Shown in pieces: positions 1 to 8,845 of a stretch of DNA of 20,000 bases; the stretch's first letter is position 1, and each line of letters opens with the position of its first letter. The notes beneath the pieces are model-generated. The model made no database searches. It was not told the DNA's origin and saw nothing but the letters and a program-made list of their open reading frames with translations. Source of the DNA: Sanchytrium tribonematis (taxonomy: Eukaryota); the NCBI GenBank assembly GCA_018985235.1, contig JADGIG010000007.1:46116-66115 (forward strand), read 5' to 3'. The translations under genes were made by a program, and so were the position numbers.

Positions 1-133
1 TACTCCAAAAATTGGATACAATTTGTTGAGTCACTAGTTGCGGGTGAACTATTTGCTGAGCTTGCATTTGCATTGTTTGATGGACCGTGTTGTTTGGTTG
101 GCCAGTACCTTGAGCTGCTAACTGGTTGGACAT
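1..133 (-). CDS. 5' end of a gene running off the window; possibly CCAAT-binding factor subunit NF-YC/Hap5
   Basis: ATG at 133 opens MSNQLAAQGTGQPNNTVHQTMQMQAQQIVHPQLVTQQIVSNFWS with no stop before the edge. A Q-rich N-terminus ending in 'QQIVSNFW' resembles the segment before the histone fold in NF-YC/Hap5. The diagnostic domain lies outside the window. Confidence 0.45.
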   Translation of the reverse strand, partial: MSNQLAAQGTGQPNNTVHQTMQMQAQQIVHPQLVTQQIVSNFWS

Positions 134-315
134 TGATCAAAAAATTTGTTTCAAGCCACGAATTTCTCTAGAAATGGAAAATTGAAATTTTTAAAATCCA
201 AACAGATGCAAAATCGATAATATCAATTAAGAGTACAACGTAGAGATCTTTAACAATATAAAAAAATATCAAATATGAAAGTCAATTTAAATAAAGGGGC
301 TAATTTTGTAACAAA

Positions 316-1432
316 ATGCCAAGTGAGATAAAGTCTGTCTTGATTACGGGAGGAACTGGCTTTGTAGGCCGACACTTAGTAGATTATCTATTAGACTCAG
401 GAATTACTGATATCAAAGTAGTTGACAAGTCATTACCTTCATTGTCTTGGCTAAATGAAAAACACAAATCTGCCTTGGGCAAAGTGCAGTTCGTTCAAGC
501 AAATTTATGTTTAGACAGCGGCGTAGCAAAAGTTTTTGATAAAAGTTACGATTTGGTTGTAAACTTAGCCTCGGAAACTAAATATGGCCAATCAGAAGAA
601 ATTTATAAAGAAAAAGTCCTTGATGTGGCTCTGAGAATAGCTAATGCAGCCGTCGGAAAGACGAAGGTATTTGTAGAGCTTTCTACCGGACAGGTTTATG
701 ACCCAAAAGACAAGCCGGTAAAGGAAAGTGGAAAAACTAAACCTTGGACAAAATTAGCAGAGTACAAATTACAAACCGAACAAGAGCTCTCCAAATTAGA
801 CTTAAATTTAGTGATTTTAAGACCAGCCATTATCTATGGTGTTGCTGATATTTATGGAATTACTCCCAGACTCATTATTGGTAAAGTCTATCAGCACATC
901 AAGGAAACTATGGAATTGTTATGGACTGGTGATTTGGCAATCAACACGGTTCATGTTACTGATGTTGTCCGTGCTATTTTGTTCACAGCCAGATACCACA
1001 TGCAGAAATTAGCAAAGGGAGAAATTTACAATTTAGCAGACAAAAGTAATTCTACGCAAGAAACTATTAATGCTCTATTGCAAAATATTTTCGGTATTAA
1101 AACTTCGTTTGTTGGATCTGTTGCTTCTCAGTTCGCTAAATTGAATTTGACTACTGTTGTTCAAGATGTGAACGAAAAACACATGGCACCATGGAGTGAA
1201 TTGTTGAAGAAGGAAGATTTAAACAGTTTTTAATTTTCATTTAGGTCATCTGACTCCATATTTGGATAAGGAGCTGCTTTATAACCACAGTTTATCTATT
1301 GACGGGTCAAAAATTGAAGACTTGAAATTGGATGGGGAATCATTTAAACTTAAGCATCCAAACATCAATGAGGCGTTACTTAAAGAAGTTGTGGATGACT
1401 TTAAACAATGCAAATTATGGCCAAGTGCTTAG
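316..1432 (+). CDS. NAD-dependent epimerase/dehydratase (extended SDR); join(316..1225,1245..1432), 365 aa
   Basis: Rossmann motif TGGTGFVG, LRPAIIYG and VHVTDV. Removing 1226..1244 continues in frame as ...LNSHLTPYLDKELLYNHSLSIDGSKIE...KLWPSA* to TAG at 1430-1432. Confidence 0.9.
1226..1244 (+). other. 19-nt spliceosomal intron (phase 1), GTTTTTAATTTTCATTTAG
   Basis: GT..AG ends. Contains the in-frame TAA that ends the ORF-track ORF. Excision restores a continuous C-terminus. Confidence 0.85.
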
Positions 1433-1444
1433 GAATAAATTTGT

Positions 1445-1756
1445 TTATTCATTAGACAACAAAAGATCTGATGAATCAGCGTCAGGCAATTGCTCTTTTA
1501 AAGTAGCGTCTTTCTCCATTTCAAATGCAATAGGAAGTGCGACAAGAATCATCGAGGACGCCAATACATACCCAAATTGCCCAAGATAATACCCGAGTGA
1601 TTTTGCGTGATCTGTACCTACGGTAATTATTTTTTCCATTCTATATCTTTTCATTGGTGAAACAATATCTTTTAGCGCCACAATTCTTTGCAATATTGTT
1701 TCATTGAATTCATCGTAATCAATATCTAAACGAGAATCTTCTCTCTGTCCTTTCAT
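1445..1756 (-). CDS. TOM22: Mitochondrial import receptor subunit Tom22
   Basis: Acidic segment then ETILQRIVALKDIVSP, followed by a TM segment GYVLASSMILVALPIAFEME with the conserved Pro. Start placed at ATG 1756 because the upstream ATGs overlap MTG1. Confidence 0.85.
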   Translation of the reverse strand: MKGQREDSRLDIDYDEFNETILQRIVALKDIVSPMKRYRMEKIITVGTDHAKSLGYYLGQFGYVLASSMILVALPIAFEMEKDATLKEQLPDADSSDLLLSNE

Positions 1757-1792
1757 GATTGGTTTGAAGGGGTTCACAGTTGTACTCTTTAA

Positions 1793-2710
1793 ATGTTTAG
1801 TCCTAGTTGGCGTCGCTTGAATCATTTTCCGTTTGAACTGTACCAGAAACCCGTGCATTCGTACCCTGGACATATTTATAAAGCCAGGTGGGAGCTTAAG
1901 AAAATTCTAAATCTTAAAGACACTCATCATGTAATTATTGAAGTACGAGACTCACGGGTGGCCACGATCGTACACCCAGACTTGGAACTTAATTATAATA
2001 ACTGTAAAAAAATTGTTTTATTTAATAAGTTGGATCTTATTGATGATACTTCTATTGCCAGTCTAAAAAGGAGATATCCAGACGCGATATTTATTTCAAA
2101 AATAAGAAGTTCAATGATAGATAGCATTGTTGATGTTAAAAATTCGATTTTCTCCCTAATGAATTGCTCGGATGAAGATCAAATACATGAGTTACCCTTA
2201 AAAAGATTAGTTCATGTTGTTGGGTATCCAAACGTTGGGAAAACCACTATTGTCAATCAGCTAAGAACATTGGCTTTGAAAAAGGGAAAGCAAAGAACTG
2301 CGAATAGCCCCGGAACGACAAGAATGATAGAAAAATTGAGGTTTTTCGAAAATCCCAAAATAGATCTCGTCGATTTTCCCGGAGTACTAGTTCCTCCAAA
2401 AGAAATGAGCCCCGATGAATCTCTAAAATTGTGCCTTGTGAATTCTTGTACACTTTCTGAACCCAACTTGGAGCTTTTGGTCCATTTTCTGTTGTATCAT
2501 ATAAAATGCTACGATTCAATGGCTTTAAGTCATTTAAAGATACCATTCGACACCTCGTCTATTAATTTTGATGATATCATGGAGAGCGTTGCAAATAGCC
2601 ATGGGTTTCTAATCAAAGGAGGTAGACCAAATGTTCAAAAGGCGATGACTTTTATTTTAAATAAGTACCGATCGGGATCAATGACGAAAATTCCATTGAC
2701 TTCGGTCTAA
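1793..2710 (+). CDS. MTG1: Mitochondrial ribosome-associated circularly permuted GTPase (RbgA/YlqF family)
   Basis: N-terminal YPGH, EVRDSR, G4 NKLD before G1 GYPNVGKT, G2 PGTT and G3 DFPG; C-terminal YRSG. The N-terminus is basic and presequence-like. Confidence 0.88.
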   Translation: MFSPSWRRLNHFPFELYQKPVHSYPGHIYKARWELKKILNLKDTHHVIIEVRDSRVATIVHPDLELNYNNCKKIVLFNKLDLIDDTSIASLKRRYPDAIFISKIRSSMIDSIVDVKNSIFSLMNCSDEDQIHELPLKRLVHVVGYPNVGKTTIVNQLRTLALKKGKQRTANSPGTTRMIEKLRFFENPKIDLVDFPGVLVPPKEMSPDESLKLCLVNSCTLSEPNLELLVHFLLYHIKCYDSMALSHLKIPFDTSSINFDDIMESVANSHGFLIKGGRPNVQKAMTFILNKYRSGSMTKIPLTSV

Positions 2711-2789
2711 GCTTTATTCATTTCAATAAACGAATGCTCTTTTTTGCTCTTTTTTGAACTTGTAGCAATAATCTCCAGTTTCAATTCTA

Positions 2790-3729
2790 ATGGCAACTTC
2801 GCAAACAATCGAAGTAATTGAAGTCGCATTTTCCGGAGGCCAAGGCAGAGATGGAGTCGAGTTTGGACCAGAGACACTTATTAATCATGGTTTGTTAAAT
2901 CAACTAAAAGGTCTTGGTTACAACGTTCAACACAATAAGTCTTTTAAAAATATTCCTAAACCCGAAAACGATCCAATTGTTGCTGGCTGTAAAAATTCAA
3001 AGTATGTATCCGCTGCAAACAAGAGTCTTTTCTCTGCTGTTAAACAAGCTTGTGAAGTTCATAAAACTACACTTGTAATCGGCGGAGACCATTCACTTGC
3101 TATAGGCTCAATTGCAGGCTCCGCAGCAGTTTATCCTGATATCTGTGTTATTTGGGTTGATGCACATGCTGATATTAATACTCCAGATACCAGTGGTAGT
3201 GGGAATCTACATGGGTGTCCATTGTCCTTCTTATTAAAGCTGCCATCTACGGAAAAAGTACCAGAATTGAGTTGGGTCCCAAAATGTTTATCTCCAGACC
3301 GACTGGTGTATATTGGACTCAGAGATGTAGATGAAGGCGAAAGAAAAATTTTAAAAGAGCACAAAATCAAGGCTTTTAGCATGCATGATGTTGACAAATA
3401 TGGCATAGGAAGAGTTGTTGAAATGGCATTGGACCACGTCAATCCGAAAAGGGATCTTCCTATTCATATGTCGTATGATGTGGATGCTTTAGACCCTACA
3501 GTAGCGCCAGCAACTGGTATATCTAATTTATTTAGGAACACCTGTAAGAGGTGGTTTGACTTTCCGCGAGGGTCACTATATAGCAGAGGCTATAGCAGAA
3601 ACCGGGAAATTAGTTGTAATGGACATCATGGAAGTCAATCCAATTTTGGCAATTCAAAAAACCGACGAACCTACCGCGACTGTAGCTTGTTCTTTAATTC
3701 GAGCGGCATTTGGTGAAACGTTGCTTTGA
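2790..3729 (+). CDS. CAR1: Arginase; join(2790..3516,3536..3729), 306 aa
   Basis: GGDHS, DAHADIN, SGNLHG and SYDVDALDP motifs. After splicing it reads APATGTPVRGGLTFREG...MEVNP...FGETLL*. Confidence 0.96.
3517..3535 (+). other. 19-nt spliceosomal intron (phase 1), GTATATCTAATTTATTTAG
   Basis: Excision restores the arginase motif ATGTPVxGG with no residue gained or lost. Confidence 0.95.
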
Positions 3730-3738
3730 TTCATAAAT

Positions 3739-4143
3739 CTATAAAATATGAGTAACTTGGGGCTTTTTCTTCTTAAAAATTGTAAATCTAAATAGCGATA
3801 GCATAATTGTCACGATGGACGCAACGAAGTGGATGCATACAAATGCCAAATAATACTTATTCAACCAAAATTTAAGCTCTGCGTTTGTTGTAAAGTTCTC
3901 AATAAATTCTTGATATGTTATAGTCATGTACAATTCGTATCCAATAGACAACAATCCCGCGGCCAAGTACACATATTGAAAGGCTTTTTTCCCTTCAAAT
4001 ATAATTGCTATAGCAAATATTGTCAATAGCAGCATCCAACTCAAAGCTGTAAAGAAAAAGGTCTGATAAATGAATAGGCTGCTCCCTATTTGAAAAAAAT
4101 GCATCATGAAGAGAAGCATAGTATAAATTGCAGTTGTCGTCAT
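3739..4143 (-). CDS. Hypothetical small multi-pass membrane protein (about 4 TM segments)
   Basis: 134-aa ATG ORF with four hydrophobic stretches and a basic C-terminal tail (FKKKKP). It fills the gap between arginase and the next gene. No family recognised. Confidence 0.6.
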   Translation of the reverse strand: MTTTAIYTMLLFMMHFFQIGSSLFIYQTFFFTALSWMLLLTIFAIAIIFEGKKAFQYVYLAAGLLSIGYELYMTITYQEFIENFTTNAELKFWLNKYYLAFVCIHFVASIVTIMLSLFRFTIFKKKKPQVTHIL

Positions 4144-4254
4144 CTAATCACGATGGGTAGTCTGTGATCTTTTGATCTTAGGCAAATATTTGCTGCCAAT
4201 CACATCAACAAACAGAACCTTGGATGATTGCACAAATGTTTTTTGCAACAAACT

Positions 4255-5640
4255 ATGGAATTTTCCAATACTTCCATTTATGTAGATGAAGACTCAATTG
4301 ATTTCATGCATTTAAATGGATGGCGTTTCACTAACTGCATATTTCATGACATTCAGTTTGAAAATTCCGGACTTAATCGAATGAATGATGCTATTGTTAG
4401 TGTCACTAACCGAACAAGATCAAATGTACTTGAGTTGCGTACAAATGATGAGGTTGACATATATACAGGAGAACCAGAGGATGGAGGATTTTACGTCAAA
4501 GATTTGGCTTTCGTAAAAATTTGTCACACTATATACCTAGTTCCCAGAAATCAATGGAGATCCAAATTAAAGCATTTCGCAAGAAATAATCTATTTTTGT
4601 TTGATTTTACCGAAAAATTTCCATTTACCTTAGATTATTCACCGTCAGAGCCCGGAAATACTGCATTAATTTTAATGAGAAGAGAATTTGATGGTCTGCC
4701 TTTTTTACTGGAGCCCCTATCTTTATTAAGTTGTATCTTTAAAAATCTGAGAGTGGGAAGATACAACGTTACGCGGCAATTACAAAATAATGAACAAGCT
4801 ACATTACAAGGCATCAATAATGATATTATTTGGGAAATATTAGAGGAGTTGTTGGAAAATGACACGACGTCATTACTAAATTATCCCTCTAAGGTCCAGT
4901 CGCAGTTGACCAAGTTGCGGAAGTGGATTATTGATAACGCGCAAATAGTAGGTGCAGATATTAAAGTTCCTAAAATATTAGCCAAGGTTTCCATATCTCA
5001 GCTTAAGAAATTTTCTCTGTATTTATATGGAAAGAACCACTTCAATACATTGTATCCTATGTCTAGCTTAGTTTTACTAATAATTGAAAGTTTCGAATAT
5101 ATACTGGAGGAAGAAGTATCAAATGAGAAATCTTTATTACAAATATTCAACACTGAACCCTCAAAACTGATTGATTTTTCCATGAATAATACAAAATTGA
5201 GAAATTTGGCTTCTCACTTATTGTGTTTACCTCTTCCGGGTTGTGATTACAATACAAAAGTTTTATTGGAGACGGAGCATGAGCTCAAAATTAATCTAGA
5301 TTTTAATCAAAGGTCCAATTTTTTAGTATCACAGTGGTATTCATTGCTCTGCCAATACCAGTGTATTAACGACATTACTTCCGAAAGCACTTATATTTGG
5401 GAACGAATTCAAAAATATCTATGTAAATCTTTCGTTTCACCAAATTCAATAAGAGATATAGCACACAATTTTGCATCTTATTTGTCGACACCTCAAGTGG
5501 CATTGCCTAAAAAATTTGACAAAGTGATATTTGTTTTTGAGAACGGAATGAGTATCGATGAAGCCCACTCCTTAAAGGAAATTTCGAAAAAATACAGTTT
5601 GTCTGAACAACTTATATGCATTACTGACCAGATACTATAG
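4255..5640 (+). CDS. Divergent Sec1/Munc18-like protein, SCFD2/MIP3-like
   Basis: Long ORF, first ATG at 4255. The segments SIYVDEDSIDFMH, ALILMRREFD, LTKLRKWIIDNAQIVGADIK..KVSISQL and C-terminal VIFVFENGMSIDEA..LICITDQIL parallel SCFD2 motifs recalled from memory (VVYLD..LH, VVFVDRTLD, EVRRHLVEAA..LPIK..RVTPGQL, LFVVGGVTVSEV..VIVLSTRLL). Confidence 0.55.
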   Translation: MEFSNTSIYVDEDSIDFMHLNGWRFTNCIFHDIQFENSGLNRMNDAIVSVTNRTRSNVLELRTNDEVDIYTGEPEDGGFYVKDLAFVKICHTIYLVPRNQWRSKLKHFARNNLFLFDFTEKFPFTLDYSPSEPGNTALILMRREFDGLPFLLEPLSLLSCIFKNLRVGRYNVTRQLQNNEQATLQGINNDIIWEILEELLENDTTSLLNYPSKVQSQLTKLRKWIIDNAQIVGADIKVPKILAKVSISQLKKFSLYLYGKNHFNTLYPMSSLVLLIIESFEYILEEEVSNEKSLLQIFNTEPSKLIDFSMNNTKLRNLASHLLCLPLPGCDYNTKVLLETEHELKINLDFNQRSNFLVSQWYSLLCQYQCINDITSESTYIWERIQKYLCKSFVSPNSIRDIAHNFASYLSTPQVALPKKFDKVIFVFENGMSIDEAHSLKEISKKYSLSEQLICITDQIL

Positions 5641-5698
5641 TCTAAAAATAATTTACTCTATAATTAAAACTTCAATAAAAATCATTATCAAACAAGGG

Positions 5699-6136
5699 AT
5701 GAGATTTCCATCTGTACAATTATTAGCTAAAAAATACAACATAGATTTAAGCAAGGTCAAAGCAAGCGGATTCAAAAATTCTTTGAATAAGGGAGATATA
5801 TTATCATACATAGATCAAAATAATCTTTTACCAACTTTTAAATTGACAAATGACCATTCCGAATACTATCGTATATCACGAAATAGACGAGTAAGCCCAT
5901 TAGAAATTAATTCTTTTGAAAAATCGACAAATTCCAAGGTCAAGATTAGATATAACAATTATTCGTTTGCGGATATTCCGTTGCAATTACAAAAACAAAA
6001 TTGGTTTTCAATTTTAACAAGCCCCAAAAATCCAAAATATGAGCAGCCTAGCTCAGTTGAAACAATTTTGATGATTGACAGCCAATATAAGAATGTAGCA
6101 GAAGAGGTTTTTGTAGAACACAAAATAAAAAATTAA
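5699..6136 (+). CDS. Small protein with an N-terminal E3-binding (peripheral subunit-binding) domain; PDH protein X-like
   Basis: PSVQLLAKKYNIDLSKVKASGFKNSLNKGDILSYI matches the PSBD pattern PxxRxLxxExxIDLxxVxGTGxxGRIxKxDV. No lipoyl or acyltransferase domain is present. Confidence 0.65.
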   Translation: MRFPSVQLLAKKYNIDLSKVKASGFKNSLNKGDILSYIDQNNLLPTFKLTNDHSEYYRISRNRRVSPLEINSFEKSTNSKVKIRYNNYSFADIPLQLQKQNWFSILTSPKNPKYEQPSSVETILMIDSQYKNVAEEVFVEHKIKN

Positions 6137-6147
6137 GAAACCCTGAT

Positions 6148-7509
6148 ATGAAACTTGATTCTAAATCTAGCAAAATTTTTAGCAGGAGATATTTATTACG
6201 CCCTACTCAACTTGATTTAAGAATACTGGCACAGCAACCTAACTCATTGTGGGGCTTCTATGTACTATTTTGGTTTTCTGGAGTTCTATTAATTTGTTTG
6301 ACAATGTATAGTAATTTAAAGCTAGAGAAATCTATAATAGGATCTTACTTATTTAAATTAAGCTTGAGCAATTTTCCAGAGGTAGTTTTATTCGATTTGG
6401 TGATGGTTTTAAGTACCAGTTTTTGTTTTTTCTTACAAAAACTAATTGCTACTCAAACAATAAGCACAAAAGGGGGATCCTTTTTGCAAAGGGTTTTTGA
6501 AATTTCTTTTATTGGTTGTTTTAATTATTATATATATAAACAAAATTGGAATTGGGCAAGTTCTGGCGCAACTTGCGTACATTCTATAAGTATTTTGTTT
6601 AAGATGCACTCCTACAACATTGTGAACATTAGACTCATGGAGCAATACAACTTAAAAAAAAAGTTGATACAGGCGGAAAAAAAGGAAGATGCTAATGTAG
6701 CAGAGCAAATTGCCGAGATAGACAAAATACTTACAATAGAAGTTCCACACGACCTGGAATTTAATGGGTTTGATGCTTCACCAATTAGTGAAGAATCAGT
6801 GAAATTTAGGATATGTTATCCTGAAAATGTGAATATCTCAAATTTTGTAGACTATTTGATAGTTCCCACACTGTCATATGATATCGCGTATCCCAGAATG
6901 AAATATGTACGTCCTTTATACATTTTCGAAAAGGTGGTAGAGTTTATAGGCACGTGCTTCTGTTTATACGTAATTCTAGAGAACTACACAATCCCACCAT
7001 TTTCGGAATCACACAGGTCATTTGTTGATCTGCTACTAGTTTTATGTACGCCTTTCATGGCTTGCATGCTTCTCACATTCAATATTATCTTTGAAGTAAT
7101 TTGTAATGTATGTGCTGAGGTCACAAAATTTGCAGATCGCGGTAATTTTTACAGCGACTGGTGGAATAGTGTTAACTATTTAGAGTTTAGTAGAAAATGG
7201 AACAAACCCGTCCATAATTTTTTATTTCGACATGTGTACCTCGAATGTTTACAAGTGATGGGATTTTCAAAAGGTCTCTCAAGATTTATAACTTTTTTTA
7301 TTTCTGCACTATTTCATGAGCTAGTTTTTGTTGTACTTTTTAAAGAAATCAAATGGTACATGTTTGTAATTCAAATGCTCCAAATTCCATTAATAGCTTT
7401 TCAAGAACTCCCTCCGATTAAAAAATTTCCAGTCGCTGGTAACGTTCTATTTTGGTTTGGGATGTACTGTGGACTACCTTTATTATGTGTTGCATATAAC
7501 AAACTTTAA
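6148..7509 (+). CDS. ARE2: Sterol O-acyltransferase (MBOAT, ACAT/Are1-Are2 family)
   Basis: FKMHSY, YPENVNISNFVDYLIVPTLSY, FYSDWWNS, WNKPVHNFLFRHVY and the catalytic His in SALFHE; multiple TM segments. Confidence 0.88.
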   Translation: MKLDSKSSKIFSRRYLLRPTQLDLRILAQQPNSLWGFYVLFWFSGVLLICLTMYSNLKLEKSIIGSYLFKLSLSNFPEVVLFDLVMVLSTSFCFFLQKLIATQTISTKGGSFLQRVFEISFIGCFNYYIYKQNWNWASSGATCVHSISILFKMHSYNIVNIRLMEQYNLKKKLIQAEKKEDANVAEQIAEIDKILTIEVPHDLEFNGFDASPISEESVKFRICYPENVNISNFVDYLIVPTLSYDIAYPRMKYVRPLYIFEKVVEFIGTCFCLYVILENYTIPPFSESHRSFVDLLLVLCTPFMACMLLTFNIIFEVICNVCAEVTKFADRGNFYSDWWNSVNYLEFSRKWNKPVHNFLFRHVYLECLQVMGFSKGLSRFITFFISALFHELVFVVLFKEIKWYMFVIQMLQIPLIAFQELPPIKKFPVAGNVLFWFGMYCGLPLLCVAYNKL

Positions 7510-7518
7510 ACATAAAAT

Positions 7519-8076
7519 TTACTTTAAAATCAGTAAATGTCTTTTCTCTGTGTCCAGTTGCCTCTGAATATTCATTGCCTCAAAGACAAATAGACGAAAT
7601 TCTTCAATATCCAGTTCTTTGTTTCCACTGACATCAAATTCCTGATAAATTCTTTTCACTGCCTCATTTGAGAACCCGAACAAGTACCCTAAAGTAATAA
7701 ATTCTTGTCGCGATACAGATTTACCTCCGTCCTCGTCAAGTAACTCAAAGCAGGTCCTCCAATGGCGGTAAAGGAATGCCTGAGCTTCGCTGTGTTGGGT
7801 GGCAACCATTATACATACAAGAACATAAAACTCATTGAATTCAACCATGCCAGATTTGTCCAAATCAAAAATGTCAAATATATGACTTGCTTGATCAGGA
7901 CTAAGGTCAGTACATTCCAGTAGGAAGCTGCAGAATTGAATATCGTCTAACCCATCTTTATTGTTAAAATCTAATAAGTTGAAAATATCAAGTACTGCAC
8001 AAGCATTTTCAGCGCTTAGAACACAAAAAGATGGAATTATTTTCATTCTTTGTAGAAAAGTAGAAGTTATTTTCAT
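7519..8076 (-). CDS. EFCAB9: EF-hand calcium-binding domain protein 9 homologue (CatSper-associated Ca2+ sensor)
   Basis: EF-hand loops DLDKSGMVEFNE, DEDGGKSVSRQE and DVSGNKELDIEE. Non-loop segments FCVLSAEN, LDDIQFCSFLLECTDL, FYVLVCIMVA and FLYRHWRTCFELLD are colinear with human EFCAB9 as recalled. Start at ATG 8076, since ATG 8121 lies inside the Rac1 last exon. Confidence 0.85.
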   Translation of the reverse strand: MKITSTFLQRMKIIPSFCVLSAENACAVLDIFNLLDFNNKDGLDDIQFCSFLLECTDLSPDQASHIFDIFDLDKSGMVEFNEFYVLVCIMVATQHSEAQAFLYRHWRTCFELLDEDGGKSVSRQEFITLGYLFGFSNEAVKRIYQEFDVSGNKELDIEEFRLFVFEAMNIQRQLDTEKRHLLILK

Positions 8077-8105
8077 TGAAGTTGGTGTTTTAAAGTGCCA
8101 ATTTA

Positions 8106-8703
8106 TTACAAAATAATGCATTTTTTCTGGGCCTTCGCTTTTTGTGGAGGAGCAAGAACAGCACGGATAGCTAAATTAATAACAAGTACCTTCATCAAAG
8201 ACGTTTTTTAATCCTTTTTGGGTAAGAGCAGAGCACTCCAAATATTTAACACTTCCTATTTCTTTTGCCATTTGAAGCCCTTGTGGGTATGTAATTGGAG
8301 ACATTCTTTTCTCTCTCAACTTTTCAATTGTCTCTCTATCTTCTCTCAAATCCAGCTTAGTTCCTACTAGAATAATAGGGACTCCAGGTGCATGATGAGA
8401 TATTTCAGGATACCATTTGGTTCGAACATTTTCAAATGATGGGGGACTGACCAGTGAAAAACATATCAAAAACACATCTGTTTGAGGATAAGACAATGGC
8501 CGTAGACGATCATAATCTTCCTGACCAGCAGTATCCCATAATCCCAAATTAATCGGTTTTCCGTCAACCATCACATTAGCTGAGTAGTTATCAAAAACCG
8601 TAGGAATATACTCTCCTGGAAACGCATTTGTAGTATATGAAATTAATAAGCAGGTCTTTCCAACAGCTCCATCTCCAACAACAACACATTTTATAGCTTG
8701 CAT
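8106..8703 (-). CDS. RAC1: Rac1 small GTPase; complement(join(8106..8170,8190..8703)), 192 aa
   Basis: [40 protein letters not shown]. Splicing yields [25 protein letters not shown] with a polybasic region and CAAX box. Confidence 0.97.
8171..8189 (-). other. 19-nt spliceosomal intron (phase 1), GTACTTGTTATTAATTTAG
   Basis: Excision restores FDEAIRAVL and the CAAX terminus, giving the canonical 192-aa length. Confidence 0.96.
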
Positions 8704-8845
8704 TTTATGAAGACTGGTGTTTCAGATTATTTTGGAGAAATTTTCTACTCTCTATATGATAAAAAATGTTCTCTTTTTGGCTGATTAATAAGAATTTGAA
8801 TTATTTAAATTCGATCATAATCTTTTTTTTGAAATTCTTTTGTCC

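Noticed and set aside
1332..1589. ORF-track 85-aa plus-strand ORF
   Set aside because: It is out of frame with the true epimerase exon 2 and antisense to TOM22, with no recognisable motif.
1757..1873. N-terminal extension of TOM22 to ATG 1873
   Set aside because: It would overlap the conserved MTG1 N-terminus (YPGH) on the opposite strand. ATG 1756 gives a plausible compact Tom22.
2735..2756. Tandem 10-mer TGCTCTTTTT x2.2 upstream of arginase
   Set aside because: It is too short and low in complexity to call. It may be a T-rich promoter or 3'-processing element, but nothing here supports that.
4153..4254. Possible extra 5' exon and intron (ATG 4153; GT at 4157/4160/4164; TTAG ending 4181) for the SCFD2-like gene
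   Set aside because: The candidate lengths are 25, 22 or 18 nt and lack A at -6. The main frame is closed by TGA at 4225-4227, so no single splice there joins it.
8077..8121. N-terminal extension of the EF-hand ORF (MHYFVINW...)
   Set aside because: It overlaps the Rac1 CAAX codons and stop. EFCAB9 similarity starts at the Met at 8076.
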